64,000 nt of DNA from Chiloscyllium plagiosum. Taxonomy: Eukaryota. The notes beneath the pieces were generated by a model that was given only the letters and a program-made list of their open reading frames with translations, ran no database searches and was not told the origin of the DNA. Positions 11,328-24,600 of this stretch are shown here, one piece after another; the stretch's first letter is position 1; the number at the start of each line of letters is the position of its first letter. The stretch lies in the NCBI RefSeq assembly GCF_004010195.1, contig NC_057757.1, positions 8,143,051-8,207,050 of the forward strand, written 5' to 3'. The position numbers and the translations under genes are program-made.

Positions 11328-13592
11328 GGTCAGTGATGTAATTGATGGACAATGACAGTAAGGGGAGGAGGTCAGTGATGTATCTGATGGACAGTGACAG
11401 TAAGGGGGAGGTCAGTGATGTATCTGATGGACAGTGACAGTAAGGGGTAGGTCAGTGATGTATCTGATGGACAGTGACAGTAAGAGTGAGATCAGTGATG
11501 TATCTGATGGACAGTGACAGTAAGGGGGAGGTCAGTGATGTATGTGATAGACAGTGACAGTAAGGGAGAGGTCAGTGATGTATCTGATGGACAGTGACAG
11601 TAAGGGGGAGGTCAGTGATGTATCTGATGGACAGTTACAGTAACGAGGCGGTCAGTGATGTATCTGATGGACAGTGACAGTAAGGGGGAGGTCAGTGATG
11701 TATCTGATGGACAGTGACAATAAGTGGGAGGTCAGTGATGTATCTGATGGACAGTGACAGTAAGGGGGAGGTCAGTGATGTATCTGATGGACAGTGACAG
11801 TAAGGGGGAGGTCAGTGATGTATCTGATGGACAGTGACAGTAAGGGGGAGGTCAGTGATGTATCTGATGGACAGTGACAGTAAGGGGGAGGTCAGTGATG
11901 TATCTGATGGACAGTGACAGTAAGGGGGAGGTCAGTGATGTATCTGGATGGACAGTGACAGTAAGGGGGAGGTCAGTGATGTATCTGGATGGACAGTGAC
12001 AGTAAGGGGGAGGTCAGTGATGTATCTGGATGGACAGTGACAGTAAGGGGGAGGTCAGTGATGTATGTGATAGACAGTGACAGTAAGGGAGAGGTCAGTG
12101 ATGTATCTGATGGACAGTGACAGTAAGGGGGAGGTCAGTGATGTATGTGATAGACAGTGACAGTAAGGGAGAGGTCAGTGATGTATCTGATGGACAGTGA
12201 CAGTAAGGGGGAGGTCAGTGATGTATGTGATAGACAGTGACAGTAAGGGAGAGGTCAGTGATGTATCTGATGGACAGTGACAGTAAGGGGGAGGTCAGTG
12301 ATGTATGTGATAGACAGTGACAGTAAGGGAGAGGTCAGTGATGTATCTGATGGACAGTGACAGTAAGGGGGAGGTCAGTGATGTATCTGATGGACAGTGA
12401 CAGTAAGGGGGAGGTCAGTGATGTATCTGATGGACAGTGACAGTAAGGGGGAGGTCAGTGATGTATCTGATGGACAGTGACAGTAAGGGGGAGGTCAGTG
12501 ATGTATCTGATGGACAGTGACAGTAAGGGGGAGGTCAGTGATGTATCTGATGGACAGTGACAGTAAGGGGGAGGTCAGTGATGTATCTGATGGACAGTGA
12601 CAGTAAGGGGGAGGTCAGTGATGTATCTGATGGACAGTGACAGTAAGGGGGAGGTCAGTGATGTATCTGATGGACAGTGACAGTAAGGGGGAGGTCAGTG
12701 ATGTATCTGATGGACAGTGACAGTAAGGGGGAGGTCAGTGATGTATCTGATGGACAGTGACAGTAAGGGGGAGGTCAGTGATGTATCTGATGGACAGTGA
12801 CAGTAAGGGGGAGGTCAGTGATGTATCTGATGGACAGTGACAGTAAGGGGGAGGTCAGTGATGTATCTGATGGACAGTGACAGTAAGGGGGAGGTCAGTG
12901 ATGTATCTGATGGACAGTGACAGTAAGGGGGAGGTCAGTGATGTATCTGATGGACAGTGACAGTAAGGGGGAGGTCAGTGATGTATCTGATGGACAGTGA
13001 CAGTAAGGGGGAGGTCAGTGATGTATCTGATGGACAGTGACAGTAAGGGGGAGGTCAGTGATGTATCTGATGGACAGTGACAGTAAGGGGGAGGTCAGTG
13101 ATGTATCTGATGGACAGTGACAGTAAGGGGGAGGTCAGTGATGTATCTGATGGACAGTGACAGTAAGGGGGAGGTCAGTGATGTATCTGATGGACAGTGA
13201 CAGTAAGGGGGAGGTCAGTGATGTATCTGATGGACAGTGACAGTAAGGGGGAGGTCAGTGATGTATCTGATGGACAGTGACAGTAAGGGGGAGGTCAGTG
13301 ATGTATCTGATGGACAGTGACAGTAAGGGGGAGGTCAGTGATGTATCTGATGGACAGTGACAGTAAGAGGGAGGTCAGTGATGTATCTCATGGACAGTAA
13401 CAGTAATGGGGAGGTCAGTGATGTATCTGATGGACATTGACAGTAAGTGGGAGGTCAGAGATGTATCTGGATGGACAGTGACTGTAAGGGAGCGGTCAGT
13501 GATGTATCTGATGGACAGTGACAGTAAGGGGGAGGTCAGTGATGTATCTGATGGACAGTGACAGTAAGGGTGAGATCCGTGATGCATCTGAT
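11328..13592 (+). repeat. 40-bp minisatellite, about 56 copies (GGTCAGTGATGTATCTGATGGACAGTGACAGTAAGGGGGA)
   Basis: Directly visible tandem array with a homogeneous core and no unique spacers. Confidence 0.98.
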
Positions 13593-14009
13593 GAACGGAT
13601 GTTTGTCAGTCTGATTGTAAGGTTTGATTGTGACTCTTACTGTTGATATGAGTTAAGAGTATATTTGTAGAATAGGTCTGTTATTCGGAGGTATCTGTTT
13701 TTCAGATGAGCCACATTGGTTTGAGAATTTACATCATGCATTGTGTTTTTAATCAGTTTAAATGATTCCCTGAATTTGATTTCAAATAAATACTGAAAGT
13801 GAACCTGTTTATGATATTGATGTCATGTGAGTAGCTGAATTGGATTTATGTTACAAAACGCAATTGCAAGCTATACAGACTGTGGCTTGATATTATCACT
13901 GAGCTCCTCCTGTGAGCTCAAGCCTAATGTTCAGTTGGCGTGGATCTCAAGTTAAAATCCATTCCAATTTGGAATTCTAATCCATGTCTCCATTGCTGGA
14001 AGTCCATTA

Positions 14010-14571
14010 TTGTTCACTGAGCCCTTTCCTTCAGGAAAGACAGTATGTTTTCCTCACTTGTTCCTTCATGTGACTCCAGGTCCTGGGAAATTGGGAATGG
14101 GGAATAAATGATGACCTCACAGTGATGTACACATTCAGTGTGTGAGAAGAATCACATTTCAATCAGTCAGTGAAATGTTCTTGTTTAAAGAGGGCAGCTC
14201 CGACTCACAATACAGAAGGACAGCTCGGAGACATATTTTCAATCCTGGAACAAACTGTCTTGATGCAGCATCGGTTGAACTAATTTGTGACCTTGGGATG
14301 AGGCTCATGATGTTTGAATGGACAATGTTATTGCTGGCAGATTGCAGATTCTGTTTTTGTTATTTCATTATAATGTACGGAGCAACAATGCTTCTTCATA
14401 ATCTGGATTACACTTGTTATTGTAATGGGTTTGTTCATTTCCAGAAATGTGAAAAACAGCAACAAAGCCGAGCAATGCTGTCACCTTGATCTCCCCAAGG
14501 AGCTTCTCTGGGAATGCATCAGCTCAGAGTCTCAAACAAGGAGCTTGTCAGCTACCTGAAGGGGCAGATCC
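14010..14571 (+). pseudogene. Promoter/5'-UTR relic of a C/D/E-type GPR139-like gene, truncated just before the start codon
   Basis: Colinear with 39360-40025 (-) and 61220-61511 (+); lacks the ~20-bp segment holding TATAAG; ends at ggggcagatcc with no exon 1 CDS. Confidence 0.85.
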
Positions 14572-16117
14572 TATTGTTTCCTGACCATGAATTTTTTTTA
14601 TTATTCACTCAAGAAATGTGAGAATCACTGGCTGGGCCCAGCATTTATTACCCATCCCTAATTGCCCCTTGAGAATGTTGTGCTGAGCTGCCTTCTTGAA
14701 CCACTGCAGTCTGATTTCCATTCAATACCCCGAAGCTTACCCCCTTGTCTTTAGCCACGAACAATATTTTACCCATCAAACTTTTCCCCATGCCCTGTGA
14801 AATCCCCCCCCCTATGCAGTGTCCTTTCTGCCCCTGACCCTTCATTACCCCGACATAAAAGCCCTTCTTTATCTCCCACCGTGTCCTATATAACCCCCTT
14901 GCTGAAGCCCAATCCCTCGGCCCTAAGGACTGACCTCCCTTTGTCTACCCGACATCATACACAGCAGGATCCCAAATCTCAAAATCGCTGAAGCTTCACG
15001 GCCCAGGAGGGGGATGTTCAGCCCATCGTGATCTAACCCATCATTAAATGGCCCAGGATCTGTCCGGCTCCTCAGGATTTGCGCCCAAATGGCCCTTATT
15101 AAACCCCCTTCCTGTGGAGGCAGTTCCTCCCTGATAGCCCACCCTACTGCACTCAGTGAGCATGTGCAGAGCTCACCAGCCTTTTGACTGACTGTGGTGA
15201 TGCACAACAAGATTCCACACTCAAGCCAATCCCTGTTACCCCCCTCAATGAGAACGGGACTTTATCTGACCCCCGCCCTCCAGTTTTCCCACCCAAACAT
15301 TTGCCAGCTCCACATGCACTAGAAGTTGCTTCTGTTCCCAATCTTACAGCTCCCTGGCAAATTTCCCCTGGGTTCCTTCTCAGTGTAGCTTTATTCCCCT
15401 CCACAAATGCCCCTAAATATACTCCCCATCTGACCAGATTTGTATCTCCCCAGGTTTTATGTCCCCCATTTCCCTGTGCCACTATTTTGCATTTGCAATA
15501 TAGCCCTCCACTCAACTTGTCCCCCCATTCTGCTTGCAGTGGAATGGTTGCATGCTTTCTTTTCCCCAGATACTGAAGGCCTGCATCAATGGCTCTGCAT
15601 TTCTGAAACTGTCTGCAAACTTTGAAACATCACAACACTGTGATGGATGAGGCATCCTCAACCCATCAAGCCATTCGTTAACAACACAGCTCAGCATCGG
15701 AGAAGTTCTGTGAAAAGATTAAATATATTGGGCATCCGGAATTTCAATGCATAACAAAAATCTGTACGCGACTTTGAAGGAGTGAATTGAATTTTGAATT
15801 AAGACATATTTACACAGAGATATATCAAGTGTCTAGGATGAGTTATCAAGGAACTTTAACAAAAATGTGGGTCATCTTAGAGAAAGAAAGAACAAACAAA
15901 GGATGTTTTGCCTGAATCAAACAGAAATGTTTGACTTCTGGTTTATTATTCAATGATGTTCCACAGACTGCAAATATCTCCAGAGTTCTGGAATTAGAAA
16001 GGGGCCAATAGTTAAATTGCAAAATTGGATGAGAGGAAGGAAGTAGGGATGGTGAGTTTTGACAGAAAAGAGACAAGTTAGAATAAAGGCGCTTGAAGTG
16101 ACCATGCAGTTTAGTGA

Positions 16118-16253
16118 AGGGAATTAAGGGCTATGGGGAGAATGCGGGTAAGTGGAGTTGAAATGCCCATCAGCCATGATTGAATGGCGGAGTGGACTCG
16201 ATGGGCCGAATGGCCTTACTTCCGCTCCTATGTCTTATGGTCTTATGGTCTTA
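16118..16253 (+). mobile_element. Short CR1-family 3' tail
   Basis: Nearly identical to 10718-10843; ends in (tcttatgg)n. Confidence 0.8.
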
Positions 16254-17189
16254 AGTTTAGGTGAGAGTATTAAACTGTTTGTTTCTCTTGGTGATGTTTG
16301 TGTTCTTGTCTTTCTTTTCAAGAAAATTGAATTTGAAAATCAAACCATTACCCGCTGCATCAGGACTACACTTAGACAGATACATACAATCTCATCAATC
16401 TTTTGATAAAATTATACAAGAAGCAAGAAGGTGTGACATGGTCTTGGGATGCTGATGTAAGTGTACGAAAGTGATTGCTACCTTAGAAGTACCAAACATG
16501 AGGCAATGCATGGGAAAAAAAGAAAATGCACTGGAAAATGGGTCTCAGACATGTACACCGACTTGACAAACAGATTAGTGTGGCTTGGAAGAGCACAAAA
16601 ACATAATTTAAATGATAAGACACTGACATTATCTGTTGAGAAACTAACTTTAAAACAGCGATAGTGAGCTGGAGTGAAAGGGCTCAAAATGTTGACATAC
16701 AGGCACCTCAGAAAAAGAGAGGGGAAGCATTATCTAAAGGGAAAGCCTGATGAACGCTCTGTTAGAACGATATTATTTGAGACCATGGACATTGCAGCTC
16801 TGAGGGGCTCCCTATAAATGGAGATAGTTGCCACTCAATGATACAATCACACATAACATTGGCAAAGAAAGAAAAATATTGAAGGAATATCCTCAAGATT
16901 GATGCAGATAAGGGAACTGGGGAATTTTGAGTCCATGCATGATGTTTATGAGCAACCAGTGACTGAACTTGAAGCTTGATAAGCACGATGACGCTTGATC
17001 CAAAACGGTAAATTAAAGATGCTCAGGACTTTAGCAAAGGACCGAAAGGATACGCAGAGTCAAAGATCCTGAGGGAAAAATAATGGGCTTGGATTGAAGC
17101 AGAAATGAAACTGTGTGACGCTAGGATCTGGAGATGAAGAGAGACTGACAAAACTGTCGCCCTTTAGGCATTTGCTGTACTTGGCAGAA

Positions 17190-18465
17190 CAGAGCCACTC
17201 ACGAGGTCATTCAGCTCCACAACAAATGGGGGCACGATTCCAAAGGAGCTGGTGGGGCTGGGTTTTACAAACCATGCCCAGGTGGTAGCGGATAGCTGTG
17301 TGCCCTGTGAAAAGAACAACCCCGGACCCATCACAGATATGTCCCAAATCAGACCCTCCTCCGCCCCCTGCAGGACTGTTCCATCATCTACAACTCGATA
17401 ACACATCCCTACCACCAGGTCGAAGTTGTACTGACGTCCTAGTTATTGTTAACATGTTCTCCAGATGGGTAGAAGCCTCTCCAACCCGAGAAACCACAGC
17501 CAATCATAAAGCTTTTGTGTTGGGATTACATTCCTCGATGGGGAGTCCTGCCCAGCAGAGACTCTGATCAAGGGATATACTTAACAGGGACTTTCTGCCA
17601 GTAAATGTGCAGGTTGCTCAACATTAAATAGACCCTCCACTGCCCTCATCTCCCCCAGACATCAGGGCAAGTGGAATGAATCAACCGACGGTAAAACAAA
17701 GATTTCCTAAGGAACCAACAAGAGGGAGTGTCTTGGAAAACAAGCCCTGTCAATAGAACTATGCAACATCCAAGCAACTCCCAGTCAGACAACAGGACCA
17801 AACCCTTTTAAAGTAATCACCGGAAGGCTTATGTCACTGCCAGGAACAATTGATTTTTGGAAAGTTGATTCACAACTAATTAATGGCACACTGTTGAAAT
17901 ATTGTCAAGCCTAACCAATTCTGACAAGTCTGCATCCCAAAAGCTATCGGCTGCTCAGAGTGACCTCCTGAAGGAGAAGATAATATTGTCTCGGAAACGT
18001 GGATCCATGTGATGAAAATCCATAAAGAACCCAGTGGGAAGCAAACTACCAAGTGCTGCTGATCACTACAACGGCGGTGATCTAAATTTTAAAGAAATAA
18101 AATTTAGTTCCGCATATCACATGTAAATAGAAACACAAATATTTAAAAACAAAGATGTAAGAACTGTTACATTTAGCCCAAGGTGGGGAATTTGATTGTA
18201 TTACTAACTGTCTGTATTTTGAGTGTCTAATAACTTGCCAATCCCGTACACCAGAAAGAAATGAAGGAAAAGGGAATGGCCTTCTTTGTATAATGATTCT
18301 TATCTTGTGTTGTCTCTTTTTATTAATCAAATGTTGCTGCCAACAGGTGACTTCTATCACAACCCCGCAGGTGAGGCTCTTGAAAATGAAGCAGCCAGTG
18401 AGGCAACCATTCTTGCAAACATTGGTGCGCTTTATGATTCACTTAAGAGGGAATCAAAGGGATAT
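17190..18465 (+). mobile_element. Decayed class I (gamma/epsilon-like) ERV: integrase, env TM-anchor relic and PPT
   Basis: SWWGLGFTNHAQVVADSCVPCEKNNP, PPAGLFHHLQLD...VLVIVNMFSRWVEASPTR, HCPHLPQTSGQVE, PFKVITGRLMSLPGTID; MILILCCLFLLIKCCCQQ; purine tract gagggaatcaaaggg. Confidence 0.8.
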
Positions 18466-18854
18466 TGTTAGGGATGCCCATGACTGAGCAACACAAAATG
18501 GCCGACAGCTGCCCATTGGTAATGCAGCAGAACAGGGCGGGCAGCAACATTTACTCAAGTTGCTGAATGTGCATCAGACATAGATAATAAATGTAACAAT
18601 TATTAATATAGTTTTCTCAAGTAGAACAGCAGCAGCTCTGTTAAACATAGATAATAATATTGCACATTTGGGAACAATAGCAGCTCAAGGTTGAAGATCA
18701 CACATAAGATAGATATAAGGACATCTCACACTGATGAGTTGTTTAGTCAACCATTATAAATATCGATTCTGTATTAATTATATCCATTAAAAATCATGAA
18801 TGGAAAAAGTTCAACGCAGTTTCAGACAGTAAACACAACCCCTTAAACCCTACA
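18466..18854 (+). mobile_element. Putative 3' LTR of the ERV (389 bp)
   Basis: Starts TGTTAGGG directly after the purine tract and ends CCCTACA (imperfect terminal inverted repeat); internal TATAAA (~18755) followed by ATTAAA (~18786). Confidence 0.65.
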
Positions 18855-21129
18855 GGGCGGAATGAATACAGAGATGAGCAGACACTGGAATGTAGATTGA
18901 ATTAGCACATTAAAACACGACATGTTAGCTAAAGGATTCTTACATTAGCTGTAACCAGATAACTTTGTTGGAACTGGACAAAGATCAACATTCCTTTACA
19001 TCTCCTGTAATGAGGAATTTAATAGATTGCTGAAGTAATAGACAATACCTAATTAATTAACAGTAAATATGGCACAGTTGGCACATGTTACTTGAATACA
19101 GTATCCATTGTGAAAAGCCTCAAGAAAGGAGATTAGATTCTGGAAAACATCATGAAGCCCCGGGATGGACCATAAGCCTCTCCATAACTCAGCTCTGCTG
19201 ACTAATAGTAATCCCAGGGTTGGGTGGGGTGGGGTGGGGGGGAAGACGGGACAAAGTTGTACTAAAATACAGTTTCACTTAAATCTACCACTGGACTCCG
19301 ACTGGCATCAGAAAATATAAGATTGAACAGGAAGTTAAACACAGACCACAATTTGCTTTTGGAAATGGGCAAGAGGCCTTTGGAGAATTGACGCTTTCGG
19401 AAGAGTATTGACAGGTTGAAAATACACGAGCAGAGAGTCTTTCATTTCTTGTCTGTTTAACACTCTGTAACAATCTTCAAAAGTAAGGAGATGGTTTGTC
19501 TGAACCACGAGGTCCTTCTTAATATGTGCACAATGCACGAGAGAGACAGAGATGCTGGTAGAGCAGCCTTTTACAATTGTACTCGGGTTACAGCTGGATA
19601 AACCTTTGGACACTACTTCTTCCTGTCATGGCTCCAAATTCTGAACAAGACAATCTTCAGAGAATTTATGTTTGCAATCTCCATGTAACCATGAATTCAC
19701 CTTAACTGTTTTAATACTGAATACCATCTTTCTGATTCCAACCTTCAGAGGTGTCCCTCAGTGAGCTCCTCCACCATTCCCTCTATTTCACTGGTGCCTT
19801 GTTACCCTCATTCCCCAATCAAATGACTTGGCCTCAGACACACAGAACTTTAACAGCGATAAAGCACAGTTAGAAAGTTTATTTCATTTCTGTCTCTGAG
19901 TACAGCCTTCATTCAGTGAGAGTCAACACTTCAAGGCTCCAACATGAGACATAACCTGTTTCTGGTGAGTGTCTTCATTCAGTGAGAAGGAGCAGTGTGG
20001 GCCAGTGGGACCTCATCACTGTATTTGGGATTTTCTGCTCAGTCTGCAGCATTCCAGCCCGTGGTAGTAGTGCAATGGGAAAGTCTCCTCTTGTGGATTA
20101 CAATAGTCCTTTCAACACACAGTTCCAGGCCAGTTTCAGAACTCCGAGAATTCGGAGTTAGACCCTGAAAACTACATTGATTAAAGGAGGAGGAACAAGA
20201 AAATAGTTTCAAGCTGATGAGGTCATCGGCGTCTCTGTGCCTCACTCTGCAGCACGTTTTATTTTCTGCTTCATAAAACCACAAACTGCAGCTCAACCCA
20301 ATCTTCCTGCCCCATCATACAAACTGGAGAATGGGACACTTTTCTCAGTAGTACAAGAGTACATTCCAGAGATTGTCAGTTTAACACCAGGGCTGTGTAT
20401 CCTTAGAATAACCTGGACCAGATCAACACAAATCCAATTGGGAAGGGTGGGTCTGTTTAAGGAGAGTCAGTGTGATTTTCAAATTAAACAAACGTGACTG
20501 TGCCTGATGAAATAAAATGACAGATTGATGAAGGGATGGTTTTCCAATGTGTTTTACAAATTATGACCTGAGAGTCGGGATAAAAACTGAAGCTATTGTA
20601 ATAAATGGCAGAAGATCACCATGGAGAAAGAATGTATTTGGACAGAAACATGCTGTGATGATAAATCACTGTAACTGGCAGACAGCAGAGAGGAAGCCAT
20701 GTTGTTTTTATTGCAAGGCTCAGTATTCTATTCTTGTATTTTATCAAGATACAAATGAGATAGACAAACTTGGATTTGACAGAGATGGTGAGAATGATCC
20801 AAGTCAACAGCATTGGGGCCCAGGCAGGCAATTATGAATATTGGCAGGAAGTAGCAAAAAATAGAAGATGGAATCGAACAGACTTAAGACTGAGTGGGGT
20901 CTGGCATAAAAGACTAATGAGAGGAAACATCGACCAAACGACAGAGTAGACGCTGGTGTCACTGAAAATTTGAAATATAACCTCAGTAGGTCTGGCAGCA
21001 TTCGTGATGACAGAATCAGAACCCAATTCTCCCACACCAGTCTTTGAGGAATCAATGGCTCTCCCTAATCTGATTGGCTCTGTGCCAATTAACACTTGGC
21101 ATCGATATTAATCCAGATATCTGAGGTTT

Positions 21130-21400
21130 CAGCTTCTTCATTCGACACCGAGCACTGGACAGTGACCAGGTTAAACCTTGTTTCTTGCCTGGTATATGTC
21201 ACTTGTACCGACATGGATCTTGCCCATCCCATTGCAGACTTGTCTTCAACCCTGATCATGGGCCCTGAACCCCAGCATGGGAAGGGAACACAGCCTCCTG
21301 GACTCACGTCCTGTGCTGCAGAAAAGGGTGTCGATCACTGTGAGCCCCTGACTACAATTCCATTGCTCTTAGCTTCTCCCACTTGTTTGGCTTTCTGTTC
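21130..21400 (-). mobile_element. Degenerate CR1 ORF1 (SGNH esterase region); paralog at about 50430-50710 (+)
   Basis: Minus-strand relic IVVRGS..IDTLFCSTGRESRRLCSL...HVGTSDI resembles the CR1 ORF1 GDSIVRG...CLPGA...HVGTND blocks. Confidence 0.6.
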
Positions 21401-21699
21401 CTCTGGTGTCACAGTCAAGTCTCTCTTGCCAAAGAATGTGGCTCCTGTTCTGCGGCTGTCTGTGTCGCTGTCCACACCTCAATCGTAATCACGCTCTCCT
21501 ATCTCTGCGTACTGACCAAAATCAGACAATCTAACCCTCCAAGTTGTACCAGCCTCCTGCTGCAAAGTATACAACGACTCTTTCCCCGAGCCAAGGCAGT
21601 GTCTGTATGTCAAGCTGCAGCTGTGACAGATTGTTCATGCTGTTGGCCTTAATGTGTTCCAAATAACTGGTTCTTTTTCACAAATTCAATCCATTGAAT

Positions 21700-24600
21700 C
21701 ATGGAGTCCGACAGAACAGAGAAAGGCCCTTTGGCCCAAACTGGTCCGTGCCGATCAAAATGTCCGTCCCTGCTAACCCCATTACCCTGCACTTGGCACA
21801 TATCCTTCTAATCCTTTCCTGTCCATACATTTGTCCAAACGCCTTTTAAATGCTGTTAATGTTCCGCCTCAAACACTGCTGCTGACAGCTCATTCCATAT
21901 GCGTACCACCCTCTGTGTAAAAACGTTAACCTTCAGTTTCCCTTTCATTCTTTCCCCATTAACCTTAAAGTGATGTCCTCTAATCCTCAATTTCCCAACC
22001 CTACCAAAAAAAGACTGTGTGCATTGACCCAATCCATGCCTGTCTGATCTTATATATCTCTACAACTCACCCCCTCCCCCTCAGTCTGCTATGCATTAAA
22101 GAATAAAGTTTGAGCTTGTCTAAACTCTTCCTATAACTCAGACTGTTGAGTCCAGGCAACATCCTTGTAAATTTTATCTGGACTCTTTCCAGTTTAATAA
22201 CATCCTTCCTATAGAAAGGTGACCAAAACTGAACACAATACTCAAATTGCTGCCTCACCAACGTCCTGTATAACTGCAACATAACTTCCCAACTTCTATA
22301 CCCAGTGCCCTGACTGATGAAGGCCAATGTGCCCAAAGCTTTGCCCTGTCTACCTCTGAGTCCACTTTCTAAGAACTGTGCACCTGAACTCCAAGGTCCC
22401 TCTGTCTCACTACAGTCCTTAAGGCCCTGCCATTCACCATGAATCTCCTCCCTTGATTTGACTTTCAAAAATGCAAGATCTTACAGTTATCAATATTAAA
22501 CACCATTTGCCATTTCTCAGCCCACTTCCCCAGCTGGTCAAGGTCCTGCTGCAACTTCTGATAACCTTCCTTACAATCCATGATACAGCCTATCTTACTG
22601 TCATCTGCAAACTTGCTAATCATGCCCTTGTACGTTCTCATCCAAAACATTGATATCGATAACAAAAAGCAATGGGCCTAGCTCTGACCCCTGAGGCATT
22701 CCAGTCTGACAAACATCCTTCCACTATTACCCTCTGCTCCCTGCCACCAAGCCAATTGTGTATCCAGCTCCCCCTGGATTCCATACAATCTAATCTTCCA
22801 GAGCACCCTCCCTTGTGGAACCTTACCAAAGGCCTTCCTGAAATCCATATGGACCACGTATTCTGCCCTGCCCTTGTCAACTTTCCTGGTCACTTCATCA
22901 AAGAGCTCTAACAAATCTGTGAGGCACGGTCTCCCATTCACAAAGCCGTGCTGACTACTCCAAATCAAACCCTGATTTCCCAAACGCATGTATTTCTTAT
23001 CTCTCAAAATCTTCTCAAGTAACTTACCCACCCCAGATGTTAGATTTACTGGCTGATAGTTGACACGTTTATCTTTGTAGCTGATCTTGAATAATGGCAC
23101 AATATTCGCTACCCTCCAGTTTTCAAGGACCTCACCCGTGGCTAACGATGATGCTAAAATATCAGCCAGGGCCCCTGCAATTTCTTCTCTCGCCTCTCGC
23201 AGTGTTTATAGATATATTTGTCAGGACCAGGAGATTTATTCACTTTTACACTTTCTAATACATCTAACTCCTCCTCTACTGAGATATGGACTGTCCGCAA
23301 GGTATCACCATTAACTTCTTCAAATTCCCAAGTCTTCATGTCTTTCTCCATGGTCAACACAGCGGAGAAATGTTCATTGAGGACCTCACCCATGTCCTGC
23401 AGTTCTACACAAACATGTCCACTTTGGTCCTTGAGGAGCCCTATTCTCTCTCGAGTTAGTCTTTCCCATTTAATACATTTAAAAGTACCTCTTTCAATTC
23501 ATCCTAATCATCTCAGCCCAGGCTAACTCCTGCTGTCTTTTGACCCTCCTGGTTTCCTTCTCCAGTAAACACCTGTATCCCCTTTGTACCTCCAGGGGTC
23601 CCTTGATCCCACCTGCCTCTATCTGAGCCACTCCAGGTGAAAGCCTCAATATCTCTTGTCATCCAGGATTCCCTATTCCTGCCAACCATGCCTTTCACCC
23701 TCACAGGAACATACACACCTTGTACTCCAGCAATCTCCCTTTTAAAGGCCTCCCACTTGCCGGAGTTCCCTGAACCTGCAAACAAACTGCTCCAGTCAAC
23801 CNNNNNNNNNNNNNNNNNNNNNNNNNNNNNNNNNNNNNNNNNNNNNNNNNNNNNNNNNNNNNNNNNNNNNNNNNNNNNNNNNNNNNNNNNNNNNNNNNNN
23901 NNNNNNNNNNNNNNNNNNNNNNNNNNNNNNNNNNNNNNNNNNNNNNNNCCTCCAGTTTTCAAGGACCTCACCCGTGGTTAACGATGATGCTAAAATATCA
24001 GCCAGGGCCCCTGAAATTTCTTCTCTCACCTCTCGCAGTGTTTATAGATATATTTGTCAGGACCAGGAGAATTATCCACTTTTACACTTTCTAATACATC
24101 TAACTCCTCCTCTACTGAGATATGGACTGTCCGCAAGGTATCACCACTAAATTCCTCAAATTCCCAAGTCTTCATGTCTTTCTCCATGGTCAACACAGAG
24201 GAGAAATGTTCATTGAGGACCTCACCCATGTCCTGCAGTTCTACACAGACATGTCCACTTTGGTACTTGAGGGGACCTATTCTCTCTCGAGTTAGTCTTT
24301 CCCATTTAATACATTTAAAAGTACCTCTTTCAATTCATCCTGATCATCTCAGCCCAGGCTAACTCCTGCTGTCTTTTGACCCTCCTGATTTCCTTCTCCA
24401 GTAAACACCTGTATCCCCTTTGTACCTCCAGCGGTCCCTTGATCCCACCTGCCTCTATCTGAGCCACTCCAGGTGAAAGCCTCAATATCTCTTGTCATCC
24501 AGGATTCCCTATTCCTGCCAACCATGCCTTTCACCTACACAGGAACATACACACCTTGTACTCCAGCAATCTCCCTTTTAAAGGCCTCCCACTTGCCGGA

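Noticed and set aside
11328..13592. CRISPR-like array
   Set aside because: Contiguous 40-bp units with no unique spacers, no cas genes and a eukaryotic context; it is a minisatellite.
20039..20296. 85-aa ORF shared with 51406-51663, and the overlapping 140-aa ORF 51310-51732
   Set aside because: Non-ATG starts, no recognisable domain, and the 140-aa frame has stops in the left copy.
21096..21488. 130-aa ORF kept open in both inverted duplicates (paralog 50380-50745)
   Set aside because: Non-ATG start and antisense to a decayed CR1 ORF1; shared openness is explained by the duplication.
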